Below are positions 37,141 to 46,480 of a DNA stretch of 64,000 bases, in pieces. A program made the position numbers and the translations under genes. The DNA comes from Terriglobia bacterium (GTDB taxonomy: Bacteria; Acidobacteriota; Terriglobia; JAJPHL01; JAPKYU01). How positions within the stretch are numbered: the stretch's first letter is position 1; each line of letters begins with the position of its first letter. Below the pieces are notes generated by a model that had not been told where the DNA came from, did not search any database, and saw nothing but the letters and a program-made list of their open reading frames with translations. Location: NCBI GenBank assembly GCA_965206645.1, contig CBDBKE010000004.1:768001-832000 (forward strand), given 5' to 3'.

Positions 37141-40088
37141 TAGTAGGCGGGAGCCAGGGGTAGGAGGTGCGGCAATGGACGCCGCGTCAGCCAGCGCCGC
37201 TGCCAGCCCGCCGTGGAGACCGCGCTGTAGGGATACTGTTTCATGCCCCGAAAGGGCAGCGGTTCGACACGCCCCGAACTTGCCGTGTTGAATTCCCCTG
37301 CCTTAACCCAGCCGGAAAGCTCCAGAACGAAGTCGCGCTGCCAGCCGTCGGGCAGAGGGGGAAAGACAGCAGAAAATTCCAGAGTCAACTCGTCGCCTGC
37401 CGCCAGGACGACAAGCCGGTCATCTTCGGCCCCTACCAGAGGCAGGACATTCCCGTAGCGGGTGTAGCGCCCGGAAATCGCATTCCAGGGCGCCCCGGCC
37501 ACGAGCCGCGAGTATTCGTAATCATCCGCCGCGCTGCGGGTGGGCGAAATCGTCGGAAACGAGAAGCCTCGGTAATGCAAGTCCGCGGCCTGCGCCCGGC
37601 GCTCGATCCGGCGCGGGCTTCCGGCCAGCTTGCCCGCCAGAATTTCATTCCAGGAAACGCGCAAGTTGGTGACGATGCGCAGCGGGAGTGGCGTGGCTTC
37701 CCGGCTCTCTGACCGGGCAAAGTCCAGCCGGTCACGCAAGTCAGCCAGCACGAAGCGGCTTCGGCCGGAAGGCAAGCCCAGATCCGCCACCACGGTTTGC
37801 CAGGTGCCGTCGGGCCGGCGCGCCTCCAGCCGCGGGGGCACGGCCACGCGCAGCGGATTTTGGCTGGCGGCCGTGGCAACGTTGGAATCCATCCAGTAGG
37901 TCCAGCCGCGCAGCACCAGGAAGTCGGCACCAGGCGGCAGCTCCAAGTATTCGGCGTACAGCTCGACCAAGCCGGGTAGCACCTCCTTGGTGGGTTCTGC
38001 TGGGCTGGGTTCTGCTGGGCTGAGCTCTGCTGGCTCCCGCCGGGAGGGAACCGGCGTCACATCCGCCAGCACGACCGGAGCGATGTCCGACGGGGCGCCG
38101 CGATAGGCCTCGTCCACAAAAGCGCGCAGGCCTGTAGGATAGTCCAGCGCCACCAACCGCACGCCATCCAGGTAGACGGCTTCGCGCAACTCTTCGGTAA
38201 ATTGGAAGACATAGCGGCCGTCCCGCGGCCGCATCTTCTGCCCCGGCAAGAAGACATTCTCGTGCGAGCCAGGCAGAATGAAGCCGCCGCGCCCGTCCGG
38301 CTCGCCCAGTGGGGTGATGCTCAACACCTCGCCGAAATAGCGGAATTCGTTGCCGTCCCAGACGTAAAGAAACGGGCAGGAGCTGGCCAGCCGGTCCTGC
38401 TCGGCCACGCGCACGGCGCGATTGGTGGGGGTTTCGATCACGTTCTGCACGATGCCGTTGGGCCAGGTGACGCGCACCACGTCCACGCGCTTCAACTCGC
38501 CAGTCTCAATCGTCAGCGGCTCGGTGCCGACGACGGCGCGCACGTAGAAATTGCCGGCTTTCACCTCCACCACGGCCCCCACTCCCGTCTTGTTACTGCG
38601 TACGCCCTCCAGGTTGAGGTGCAGCCAGTGGGTTTGCGGGGACACGCGGTCCAACTTCCACACCTCGCCCTCGCGGCTTCGCGCCAGCAGGGAAAGTTTT
38701 CCCTCGCGCAGGTACAGTGTTTTCAAGGCAGTGACTGCGTCGGGCAGCGGGGGACCGTCACGCTGCTGGAAGCGTCGTCCCGCTGAATTCAGCCAGAAAC
38801 GGAGTCGGGCTTTGCCTTTCTCCGAGACCTCAACCGTCGCAAGATCCTGAAGCCCATCTCCATTCAGATCGCCCAGCGCGAACGGGCCCTTTGCACTCTC
38901 GATCTCCACGAGTTGGCTGTCCCGATTCCACCACACCGAAACACCTTCGGAGGAACCAAAGACCAGGTCAAAGGTGCCGTCCGCGTCCAGGTCTGCGGTG
39001 GCCACCGCTGTTCCCTTGGCCTGGGCAAACGGCGCCGATACGCCAAACTTGCCTCCCCGCAGGTTGGAGAATAGCCAGGCGCCGTCCGGGCCTGCGACAG
39101 CGATGTCGGTATCGTCATCGTTGTCGAAATCCGCAACCGCCGCGCCACACACTTGCTTGTCACCCGGAACCACAACTTCGGCGGCGCTGGTGACATCGGA
39201 GAACGTATCTTGGCCTGCCGCGTCTGCGCCGTTATTCCTCTCCAGGCGGGGCCGGCCGCATTTTGCCGGAATCAGGAGGCGATCCAGGTCGCCGTCCACA
39301 TCGTAGTCGAAGACAACGGTGTAGGTTTCGACCACCGGGAAATCGGCCGCTGGATGGGGAGCGTGAGCGGCGAAAGCCGGTGCAGCTACCTTCCGGCGCG
39401 CCGGCGCAGCCTCGGCCGGGACCTGGGGAACGGCCAGCGGCCCTAGCTCCAGCATGGCAGCCGTCTGGACTGGCTCGCCCCGCTGCTTCCGGTGCTCCTG
39501 CCAACGGCGGAGTACGCGCGTGGCTTCTTCGGCTCGACCCAGCCGCCGCAGCAGGCGCGACGTGCGGTATTCAGCTGAAAGGTACCAGCCCGGCCCAAAA
39601 TCAATGCCACTATCCAAGACGCGCTGGAAGTAGCCCAGAGCTTCCTCCAGACGACCCTGCGACATCAGGACCACACCGGTGTTGAACAGAGTGGCTATGT
39701 CGGAGGCGCCGGCCTTTTCTGCACGCTCGAAGTACTCCAGCGCTTTCTGGAAACGTCCCTGGTGCTTGTAGAGAATGGCCAGCCCATACAACGGCGCCGG
39801 CGAGCCGGGATTCATCTGCCGCGCCGTCTCCAGAGCCGCCAGCGCCCCTTCTTCGTCCTGGACTCCAATCAGCGCCAGCCCCAGGTTGAAGTGATCTGCA
39901 AACGCACCGGCCCCCGGTTGGGCACGCAGCACGCTCCGGAACTGCTCAGTGGCCGCCGGGTAGTTTCCCTCCTCGTAGTAGGCCTGGCCCAGCCGCCGCG
40001 CCCTTTGCACCTGCTGCGCTACATCAGCTGCCTGCCCGAAGAACAGCAGGAAGCTGGCAGCCACAAGTCCCTTCACAACTTGTTTCAT
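37140..40088 (-). CDS. Secreted TPR + FG-GAP + ASPIC/UnbV (CRTAC1-like) protein
   Basis: Signal peptide, TPRs, DxDxDG loops (DFDNDDDTD, DLDADGTFD, DLNGDGLQD), SNKTGVGAVVEV, VTWPNG, SCPFLYVWDG. Confidence 0.88.
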   Translation of the reverse strand: MKQVVKGLVAASFLLFFGQAADVAQQVQRARRLGQAYYEEGNYPAATEQFRSVLRAQPGAGAFADHFNLGLALIGVQDEEGALAALETARQMNPGSPAPLYGLAILYKHQGRFQKALEYFERAEKAGASDIATLFNTGVVLMSQGRLEEALGYFQRVLDSGIDFGPGWYLSAEYRTSRLLRRLGRAEEATRVLRRWQEHRKQRGEPVQTAAMLELGPLAVPQVPAEAAPARRKVAAPAFAAHAPHPAADFPVVETYTVVFDYDVDGDLDRLLIPAKCGRPRLERNNGADAAGQDTFSDVTSAAEVVVPGDKQVCGAAVADFDNDDDTDIAVAGPDGAWLFSNLRGGKFGVSAPFAQAKGTAVATADLDADGTFDLVFGSSEGVSVWWNRDSQLVEIESAKGPFALGDLNGDGLQDLATVEVSEKGKARLRFWLNSAGRRFQQRDGPPLPDAVTALKTLYLREGKLSLLARSREGEVWKLDRVSPQTHWLHLNLEGVRSNKTGVGAVVEVKAGNFYVRAVVGTEPLTIETGELKRVDVVRVTWPNGIVQNVIETPTNRAVRVAEQDRLASSCPFLYVWDGNEFRYFGEVLSITPLGEPDGRGGFILPGSHENVFLPGQKMRPRDGRYVFQFTEELREAVYLDGVRLVALDYPTGLRAFVDEAYRGAPSDIAPVVLADVTPVPSRREPAELSPAEPSPAEPTKEVLPGLVELYAEYLELPPGADFLVLRGWTYWMDSNVATAASQNPLRVAVPPRLEARRPDGTWQTVVADLGLPSGRSRFVLADLRDRLDFARSESREATPLPLRIVTNLRVSWNEILAGKLAGSPRRIERRAQAADLHYRGFSFPTISPTRSAADDYEYSRLVAGAPWNAISGRYTRYGNVLPLVGAEDDRLVVLAAGDELTLEFSAVFPPLPDGWQRDFVLELSGWVKAGEFNTASSGRVEPLPFRGMKQYPYSAVSTAGWQRRWLTRRPLPHLLPLAPAY
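37990..38037. repeat. In-frame 15-bp tandem repeat x3 encoding EPAELSPAEPSPAEP
   Basis: gtgggttctgctggg ctgggttctgctggg ctgagctctgctggc. Confidence 0.75.
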
Positions 40089-40204
40089 AATTCGTTCCCG
40101 CCTGATCCCGCATCCTCTTTACCCCGGATCAGGCCGCTGCGTGTATCTCCCTTGCTGATGCTTTCGTCTGCCCTGCCCTTTCAGCTTCAACCGGCCCCAA
40201 GACA

Positions 40205-40234
40205 AAGGTAACGGGAGATAAGGCGATTTGTCAA
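40205..40234 (-). promoter_or_regulatory. Candidate sigma-70 promoter for the ASPIC gene
   Basis: TTGACA-N18-TACCTT on the minus strand. Confidence 0.45.
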
Positions 40235-40341
40235 AACGGGGTTGGGGATTGGGTGAACCTGGTTGATCCGACTGGATCGTCCAACAGTCGAAAAAATATT
40301 AGTAGCCAGGAATAGAAGTAGCGCGCCGTCATCGCCCCAGG

Positions 40342-41517
40342 CTAAAGCGATTTCCGGCGGCTGGCGGATTTTTCCGTCGCCAGCGGAACCTGTTCGACGA
40401 TCCGGATTCCGTAGCCTTCCAGCGCCGCCACCTTGCGCGGGCGGTTGGTGAGCAAGCGGATGTTGCGAAGGCTCAGGTCTGAGAGGATTTGCGCCCCGAT
40501 GCCAGACTCGTACTGGATGCGGCGATCGTGGGCCAGTTCGCTGGGCTGGCGGAATTCGCGCCCGTGGAAGACCAGCAACCCGCGGCCGTCTTCCAGGGGC
40601 TCAACCTGGAAGCCGGGGCGGGTATTGTGCAGGTAGAGCAACACGCCGCTGCCCTCCTCGGCGATGCGGGCCAAAGCTGCCTCTACCAGCCCGCCGCAGT
40701 CGCAGGCCGAGGAGCCGAACAGGTCGCCGGCCAAGCAGCGCGAGTGCACACGCACTAACACCTTTTCCTGAGGCCCCACATCCCCCTTCACCAGGGCCAC
40801 GTGCACTTCCCCGTCCAGTTCCGATTGATAGGCGATCACCCGGAATTCCCCATATCGGTTGACGAGGGCCGCTTCGCCGACACGACGCACCGAGCGCTCG
40901 TTGCGGAGGCGATAGCGGATCAGGTCAGCCACCGTGATCATCTTCAACCCGTGCTTCCGGCAAAATTCGACCAGATGGGGCACGCGGGCCATGGTGCCGT
41001 CGTCATTCATCACCTCGCAGATGACCCCGGAGGGAATCAGACCGGCCAGACGAGCCAGGTCTACGCTGGCCTCAGTCTGGCCGGCGCGCACCAGCACACC
41101 GCCGCGCCGCGCCCGCAGCGGGAACACGTGCCCGGGCCGAACCAGATCGGCCGGCTGCGTGGTCGGGGAGATGGCTGCCAGGACGGTTGTGGATCGGTCC
41201 TGCGCGGAAATGCCGGTGCTGATTCCGTGGCGGGCGTCAATCGATTCGCAGAAAGCGGTCCCGTGCGGTGACGTGTTCTTCTCCACCATCCGTGGAATCC
41301 GTAAGTAATCGAGCCGCTCTTCGGTCAACGTTAAGCAGACCAGGCCCCGGCCATAGCGGGCCATGAAGTTGATGGTTGCTGGGGTGACTTTTTCGGCGGC
41401 CAGAGTCAGATCGCCTTCGTTCTCGCGATCTTCATCGTCCACCACCACCACCATCCGTCCGGCCTGCACCTCTTCGACCGCCTCGCCAATGGTGGAAAAA
41501 TTGGGGGGTTCCGGCAT
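40342..41517 (-). CDS. ribB: DHBP synthase fused to a degenerate GTP cyclohydrolase II-like domain
   Basis: [31 protein letters not shown]; C-terminal RVHS.C..GD..GS..CDC, GIGAQIL, LLTN. Confidence 0.92.
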   Translation of the reverse strand: MPEPPNFSTIGEAVEEVQAGRMVVVVDDEDRENEGDLTLAAEKVTPATINFMARYGRGLVCLTLTEERLDYLRIPRMVEKNTSPHGTAFCESIDARHGISTGISAQDRSTTVLAAISPTTQPADLVRPGHVFPLRARRGGVLVRAGQTEASVDLARLAGLIPSGVICEVMNDDGTMARVPHLVEFCRKHGLKMITVADLIRYRLRNERSVRRVGEAALVNRYGEFRVIAYQSELDGEVHVALVKGDVGPQEKVLVRVHSRCLAGDLFGSSACDCGGLVEAALARIAEEGSGVLLYLHNTRPGFQVEPLEDGRGLLVFHGREFRQPSELAHDRRIQYESGIGAQILSDLSLRNIRLLTNRPRKVAALEGYGIRIVEQVPLATEKSASRRKSL

Positions 41518-41700
41518 CGGTGAATATCCCAGTATATTGCGGAATGACCAGCTGGCGCAGGCATTTTTCCCACCTGCCCAGCGCGCAAGACCTTCTTCAC
41601 AACCAGGGAGGCGCCTCTTGCCCGTCTCGCTCGCCCTCCGCGTCCATTGCAAAGGGACTCACGAAGCCGGCCTGGGCCGTTGAAATTTTGAAGAGGGCAC

Positions 41701-41766
41701 TTGCCAGCCCAGCCGCCATCGCTGTATAACGGGCGCTGTATAACTGGCGCTGTATAACTGGCGCTG
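41701..41766 (+). promoter_or_regulatory. Candidate sigma-70 promoter with triplicated 14-bp unit (CGCTGTATAACTGG)
   Basis: TTGCCA(41701)-N18-TATAAC(41725). Unit repeated at 41720, 41734 and 41748. Confidence 0.6.
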
Positions 41767-41782
41767 CGGGAGGGCCTGCGCG

Positions 41783-42733
41783 ATGGACCCCGAATCGCTG
41801 ACCGTGGCTTTTATGAACGCGGCCACGGACTACCTGATCACCCTGGACCTGCAGGGCCGCGTTGTGTTTGCCAACCGGGCCTTTCGAAACGCTTTTCTGG
41901 AAGGCGCCGAGCCGAAAGGGTTGAATTTTGTCTCCCTGGTGAACGAGGAGTCTGGGCCGCGACTCCAGGAGGCTCTGGCGGCTGCGGATTCCGGCGCCCG
42001 ACAGCTCGAGGTAGTTCACAAAGCTCCCGACGGCAGAATTCACCCGGTGCACTACTCGCTGTGCCGCATGGACCTGGAAGACCTGCACCTGGTGGGGGCC
42101 GTGGGTCGCAACAAGACGGCTGACCTGGAACTGCTAGGCGAAATCACCCAGCTGAACCTCGAGCTGGAAAACAAGCAGAGCGAGCTGGCTGAGGCTTACT
42201 CACGGCTGGAGCAGCTCGCCGTCACCGATCAGATTACCGGCCTCTATAACCGGCACTACTTCTTCACGGTCGTGCAGCACTTCTTCGAGGAGGCACGGCG
42301 CTACGGGCAGGCGCTGATCTGCTTCATGCTGGATGTGGATCATTTCAAATCCATTAATGACACCTACGGCCACATGTTCGGGGATCACGTGCTGGAAACC
42401 ATTGCCGAGCGCCTCAAAGAGGCCACCCGCCGCTCGGACCTGCTGGCCCGATACGGGGGCGAGGAATTCATCCTGGTGGCACCCAATACCGACCTGGCCA
42501 CCGCACAGATGCTGGCCGAGCGGCTCCGCACGTCGATCGAAAGCCAGCCGTTCACCCAGGGGAATACCACAACCAAAGTGACCATCAGTATTGGCCTCGC
42601 GGGCACCGAAGTGGTTCGGGAGGGCCCCTTCGAGCACCTGCTGGATTCCGCTGACCAGGCTCTCTATACCGCCAAGCGCACGGGGCGTAACCGCTGGGTT
42701 GTGTTCAGCCCCGCCGGCGCCGCTACCTCCTGA
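41783..42733 (+). CDS. PAS-coiled-coil-GGDEF diguanylate cyclase
   Basis: TDQITGLYNR, DVDHFKSINDTYGH..GD, I-site RRSD, RYGGEEF. Confidence 0.95.
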   Translation: MDPESLTVAFMNAATDYLITLDLQGRVVFANRAFRNAFLEGAEPKGLNFVSLVNEESGPRLQEALAAADSGARQLEVVHKAPDGRIHPVHYSLCRMDLEDLHLVGAVGRNKTADLELLGEITQLNLELENKQSELAEAYSRLEQLAVTDQITGLYNRHYFFTVVQHFFEEARRYGQALICFMLDVDHFKSINDTYGHMFGDHVLETIAERLKEATRRSDLLARYGGEEFILVAPNTDLATAQMLAERLRTSIESQPFTQGNTTTKVTISIGLAGTEVVREGPFEHLLDSADQALYTAKRTGRNRWVVFSPAGAATS

Positions 42734-42780
42734 TACGCCCTTCTTGCTGTGCCAATATCGGATTTTCGCTCCCAAAGCCG

Positions 42781-42806
42781 GGAACCTTTTGGCCCGTTTG
42801 GGGTCT
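42781..42806 (+). promoter_or_regulatory. Candidate autoregulatory ECF-sigma promoter
   Basis: GGAAC-N17-GTCT directly upstream of the ECF sigma gene. Confidence 0.55.
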
Positions 42807-42918
42807 GTTAGGAAGAGGGCGCAAGTCGGCAGGAAGAGGCTGGAGCGTTACCGCTGAGTTGTACTCCGCCCTCGGAGCTGCTAGAGTAAAGAGAGAAGAA
42901 TTGCTGGGAGAGACGGCA

Positions 42919-43620
42919 TTGGCCGAATGGACCAGCCCGTGGCCGGTGACCGGCGAAGACGCCGAGTTCCTGGCCGGCATGGACGAGAACTCCGAGAGAG
43001 CGTTTGCATGGCTGTTCTCCCAGTACCAAGCGCCCGTCTACAATTTGGTCTATCAGCTTCTCCGTGACCCCAGTGATGCATCCGACACGGTCCAGCAGGT
43101 CTTCCTGAAGATCTTCCGTGGCCTGCGAGGCTTCAAGGGGGATTGTTCTCTAAAAACCTGGATCTACCGCATCGCCGTGAACGAAGCGTCGAACCAGCGG
43201 CGGTGGTGGCGACGCCACCGGTCGCGCGAACTTTCCCTGGATGTTTCTCCGGTATCCACTGGGGAGGAAGGTGAGCAAGCTAACCTGGGTTGCCAGTTAG
43301 TGGATAACTCTCCGTCGCCTTACGAGCAGGTCGCGGGCGCAGAACTGCTCGCCGCCGTGGAATGCGCTCTGGCGGAAGTGCCACTCGCGTTCCGCGCCCC
43401 GGTGGTACTGCGCGACATCGAAGAGCTGAGCTATGAAGAGATTGCCAAAGTGTTGGAGGTTCGGGTCGGTACCGTAAAATCCAGGTTGGCACGGGGCCGC
43501 GAGGCTTTGCGCTCCAAGCTGTCGCGCTACCTGGAACGCGCTGAGCCCTGCCAGGAACTCGAAGAAACGGGCTCACAAAGGACCACGCCATGGAAAGTAC
43601 CCGCACGAGTGAGTGCCTGA
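42919..43620 (+). CDS. ECF RNA polymerase sigma factor
   Basis: DTVQQVFLK, KTWIYRIAVN, LSYEEIA, GTVKSRLARGR. TTG start assumed. Confidence 0.93.
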   Translation: MAEWTSPWPVTGEDAEFLAGMDENSERAFAWLFSQYQAPVYNLVYQLLRDPSDASDTVQQVFLKIFRGLRGFKGDCSLKTWIYRIAVNEASNQRRWWRRHRSRELSLDVSPVSTGEEGEQANLGCQLVDNSPSPYEQVAGAELLAAVECALAEVPLAFRAPVVLRDIEELSYEEIAKVLEVRVGTVKSRLARGREALRSKLSRYLERAEPCQELEETGSQRTTPWKVPARVSA

Positions 43621-44273
43621 AGTGCCCCGAGGTTCGCGCGGATCTCTCCGCGCTCGCCGATGATGCGCTGGACGCAAACCGCTCGGTCCGACTGCGGCAG
43701 CATCTCGACGCCTGCCGGACCTGCGCCACGGAGTGGCGCCAACTGGTTCACCTGAAAAAGGTGTTGCGCGTTGTCCACCGTGTGACTCCTCCGCCCGATC
43801 TGGCCCTGGCCCTGAGAGTGCGTCTCTCCCAGCAGACCCATTCGCACTTCGCCGACCAGCTGATGGTGCGGTTACGAAACCTGATGGAGCCGGTAGCCAT
43901 TCCCGCTGTGGCGGGCTTGTGTTCGGCACTGGTGCTGTTCGGCATCTTAATTCACAGCCTCGCCATCCCCACCCTGGCGTTCACCGATGATGTCCCGTTG
44001 CGTCTGAGCACCGGGCCCCGGCTGAAATCCACGGCGCCTTTCAGCTTCAGTGCTGGCGAGCCAGGGTTGTTCGTCGAGATCTATGTAGACAAGCGGGGCG
44101 ACGTGGCGGATTTTCGCGTGTTGAACGGACCCCATGACCCGGCCCTAATCGCCAAGCTGCGCAACTTCCTTCTGTTTACCCGATTCGACCCGGCTACCTC
44201 TTTCGGCCGTCCCCGCGATGGAAAGGCCGTCTTCAACTTCAGTCGCATCAGTAGCATCTTGGTGAAGGGCTAG
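43590..44273 (+). CDS. Zinc-binding (ZAS) anti-sigma factor with TM and TonB-C-like periplasmic domain
   Basis: HLDACRTC (HxxxCxxC), TM segment, VDKRGDV...RFDPATSFGRP. Overlaps the sigma gene. Confidence 0.85.
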   Translation: MESTRTSECLKCPEVRADLSALADDALDANRSVRLRQHLDACRTCATEWRQLVHLKKVLRVVHRVTPPPDLALALRVRLSQQTHSHFADQLMVRLRNLMEPVAIPAVAGLCSALVLFGILIHSLAIPTLAFTDDVPLRLSTGPRLKSTAPFSFSAGEPGLFVEIYVDKRGDVADFRVLNGPHDPALIAKLRNFLLFTRFDPATSFGRPRDGKAVFNFSRISSILVKG

Positions 44274-44459
44274 CCCCGATTTTTCACGAGGGCACCTCTT
44301 GCTCCGCCGTCGCGGTGGCGCAAGTGCTCTTGCCGTTGCCGTTCCAATTTCGCCATGCCTCAGAATTGAAGAGCACAAAGGCCAGATTTGAAGGGCAAAA
44401 AGGAAAGACGGGCATTGAAATCCAGTCTATAATCGCGACGAAAGGAAGGGTAGCGGGTC

Positions 44460-45494
44460 ATGAAGCAGAAATTGGCGCGAGTGGCTGGTGTATTGCTCTG
44501 CGCCGGTGTCCTCCTGGGGGCTTACTATCGCAGCGGGCCCGGCGAGGTGATGGCCAGTGCGGCTAACAACTTCCTGGCCTCGTTGTCCGCGGAGCAAAGG
44601 GCTAAGGCAGTCTTCCCGTTTGAAACCGAGGAACGCACCAACTGGCACTATATTCCCCGGACCCGTAAGGGGATGGCATTCAAGGACATGGACGCCTCGC
44701 AGCGCTACTTGGCGCACGCCCTGCTCAGCGCCGGACTGAGCCGACGCGGCTACCTCAAGGCCACCACCATTATGAGCCTGGAAAAGATCCTGCACGATCA
44801 GGAGCAGGGCCAGGGGCCGGGGCGCGATTCGGCACTCTATTTCTTCAGTGTCTTTGGTGACCCTTCCGAGACGGCCGCTTGGGGCTGGCGGGTGGAAGGG
44901 CATCACCTGTCGTTAAATTTCACGCTGGTCAGCGGCCAGCCGATCGCCTGGGCGCCATCATTTTTCGGCGCCAACCCGGCAGAAGTCAAGCACGGATCGA
45001 GGAAGGGCCTGCGCACACTGGCGCGCGAAGAGGATCTGGCGCGGGAGCTGTTGAAGTTGCTCGACCCTAAGCTACAGGAGATCGCAGTCATTGACCGCAC
45101 CGCACCGCGCGACATCCTCACCCGCGCCGACCGCCGGGTCAAGATCGGCTCTCCTAAAGGGTTGGCAATGACCCGAATGGACACGAAGCAGAAAGAGCTG
45201 CTCACCGCGTTGCTGGAGGAGTACGCCAGCAACATGCCTGAGGAACTGGCCCAGGCCCGGATGGATCGCTTGCGCAAGGCCGGGCTGGAGAAAGTTCATT
45301 TTGCCTGGGCCGGAGGCTCGGAAACCGGGCACCCGCACTACTACCGGATCCAAGGCCCCACGTTCCTGATCGAATACGACAACATACAGAACGACGCCAA
45401 CCACATTCACTCGGTCTGGCGCGATTTCCAAGGCGACTTTGGCCGCAACCTGCTGTCCGCCCACTATCGCCACTCCCACCGCGCGGCTGACTAG
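44460..45494 (+). CDS. DUF3500 family secreted protein
   Basis: WHYIP, WGWRVEGHHLSLN, YYRIQGPTFLIEYDN, NHIHSVWRD. TATAAT at 44428-44433. Confidence 0.9.
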   Translation: MKQKLARVAGVLLCAGVLLGAYYRSGPGEVMASAANNFLASLSAEQRAKAVFPFETEERTNWHYIPRTRKGMAFKDMDASQRYLAHALLSAGLSRRGYLKATTIMSLEKILHDQEQGQGPGRDSALYFFSVFGDPSETAAWGWRVEGHHLSLNFTLVSGQPIAWAPSFFGANPAEVKHGSRKGLRTLAREEDLARELLKLLDPKLQEIAVIDRTAPRDILTRADRRVKIGSPKGLAMTRMDTKQKELLTALLEEYASNMPEELAQARMDRLRKAGLEKVHFAWAGGSETGHPHYYRIQGPTFLIEYDNIQNDANHIHSVWRDFQGDFGRNLLSAHYRHSHRAAD

Positions 45495-45605
45495 CGCTTG
45501 CGGCTGACTGGCCGGAATTTACTGAATGCCGCGCTAGGATGCCACCGGGAATCCGCTCGACCCGACAACTGGGCGCGATGCTCCGCTTGCAGCTAGAATA
45601 GGAGC

Positions 45606-46418
45606 ATGCACGCCCCGGCCACGACGCAGCCGATTCAGAGCCGCCACAACCAACAGGTAAAAAAGCTGCGCCAGGCGCTGGCGCGTGGTGAGCGGACGCC
45701 GGAAGGGTTCCTGGCGATAGACACCTTCCACCTGCTGGAAGAAGCGCTCAGCAGCGGGGTGCCTGTCCGGCAAGTGTTCTTTACCGAGGCAGCCGAAGCT
45801 CAGTTGTGCCGGCTGCTGGATCACCACGGCACCAGGCCGCGGATGTGTCGCCTGGCCGCCAGGATCTTCGAAAGCATTTCAGTCACGCCGGCCGCCCAGG
45901 GAGTGGCAGCGTTGGTGCAACCTCGGTCGTGGCTCTCGGAGCAGCTATTCAACCCCGCGCCTGCACTGGTCGTGGTTCTGGCCGGGGTGCAGGATCCTGG
46001 GAACGCCGGCACTCTAATACGCACCGCTGAGGCCTTCGGGGCGACCGGCGCGCTGCTGTTGCAGGGGACCGTGCGTCCGGAAAACCCCAAGCTGTTGCGG
46101 GCTTCGGCCGGCTCGGCGTTCCGCCTGCCCCACCGGCATGGGTTGAGCTATGGACGGGCACTGGAGCTGCTCCGCCGCCACGGTGTGCATCTGTACGCGG
46201 CGGTCGCTGGCGCGCGCCAGCCGTTGGACGAAGTGGATTTCCGCAGCCCGCTAGCGGTGGCCATCGGGGCGGAAGGCACCGGGATGCCCGAGCCGATTCT
46301 GGCTGCAGCCCACCCGGTGTCGATTCCCCACGCGTCGAGGGTGGAGTCGTTAAATGCCGCCGTGGCCGCCGGCATCTTTCTTTACCGGGCCGCCGCCGCC
46401 CGCGGCACCTCTGGCTGA
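45606..46418 (+). CDS. TrmH/SpoU family RNA methyltransferase
   Basis: QDPGNAGTLIR, IGAEGTG, VESLNAAVA. Confidence 0.93.
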   Translation: MHAPATTQPIQSRHNQQVKKLRQALARGERTPEGFLAIDTFHLLEEALSSGVPVRQVFFTEAAEAQLCRLLDHHGTRPRMCRLAARIFESISVTPAAQGVAALVQPRSWLSEQLFNPAPALVVVLAGVQDPGNAGTLIRTAEAFGATGALLLQGTVRPENPKLLRASAGSAFRLPHRHGLSYGRALELLRRHGVHLYAAVAGARQPLDEVDFRSPLAVAIGAEGTGMPEPILAAAHPVSIPHASRVESLNAAVAAGIFLYRAAAARGTSG

Positions 46419-46480
46419 CTCCTTGAATCATGAGGGGAGTGGCGCTAACGAACCGCTGAAACCGTCAGGCAATTCCAGCG

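Noticed and set aside
37013-37291. ORF with SQAI repeats
   Set aside because: It is a by-product of the VNTR and overlaps the ASPIC gene antisense.
41518-41782. FMN riboswitch upstream of ribB
   Set aside because: I could not see the conserved RFN core sequences on the minus strand.
46419-46480. LexA box upstream of rarA
   Set aside because: The GAAC-like half sites lack the spacing of a GTTC-N7-GTTC or palindromic SOS box.
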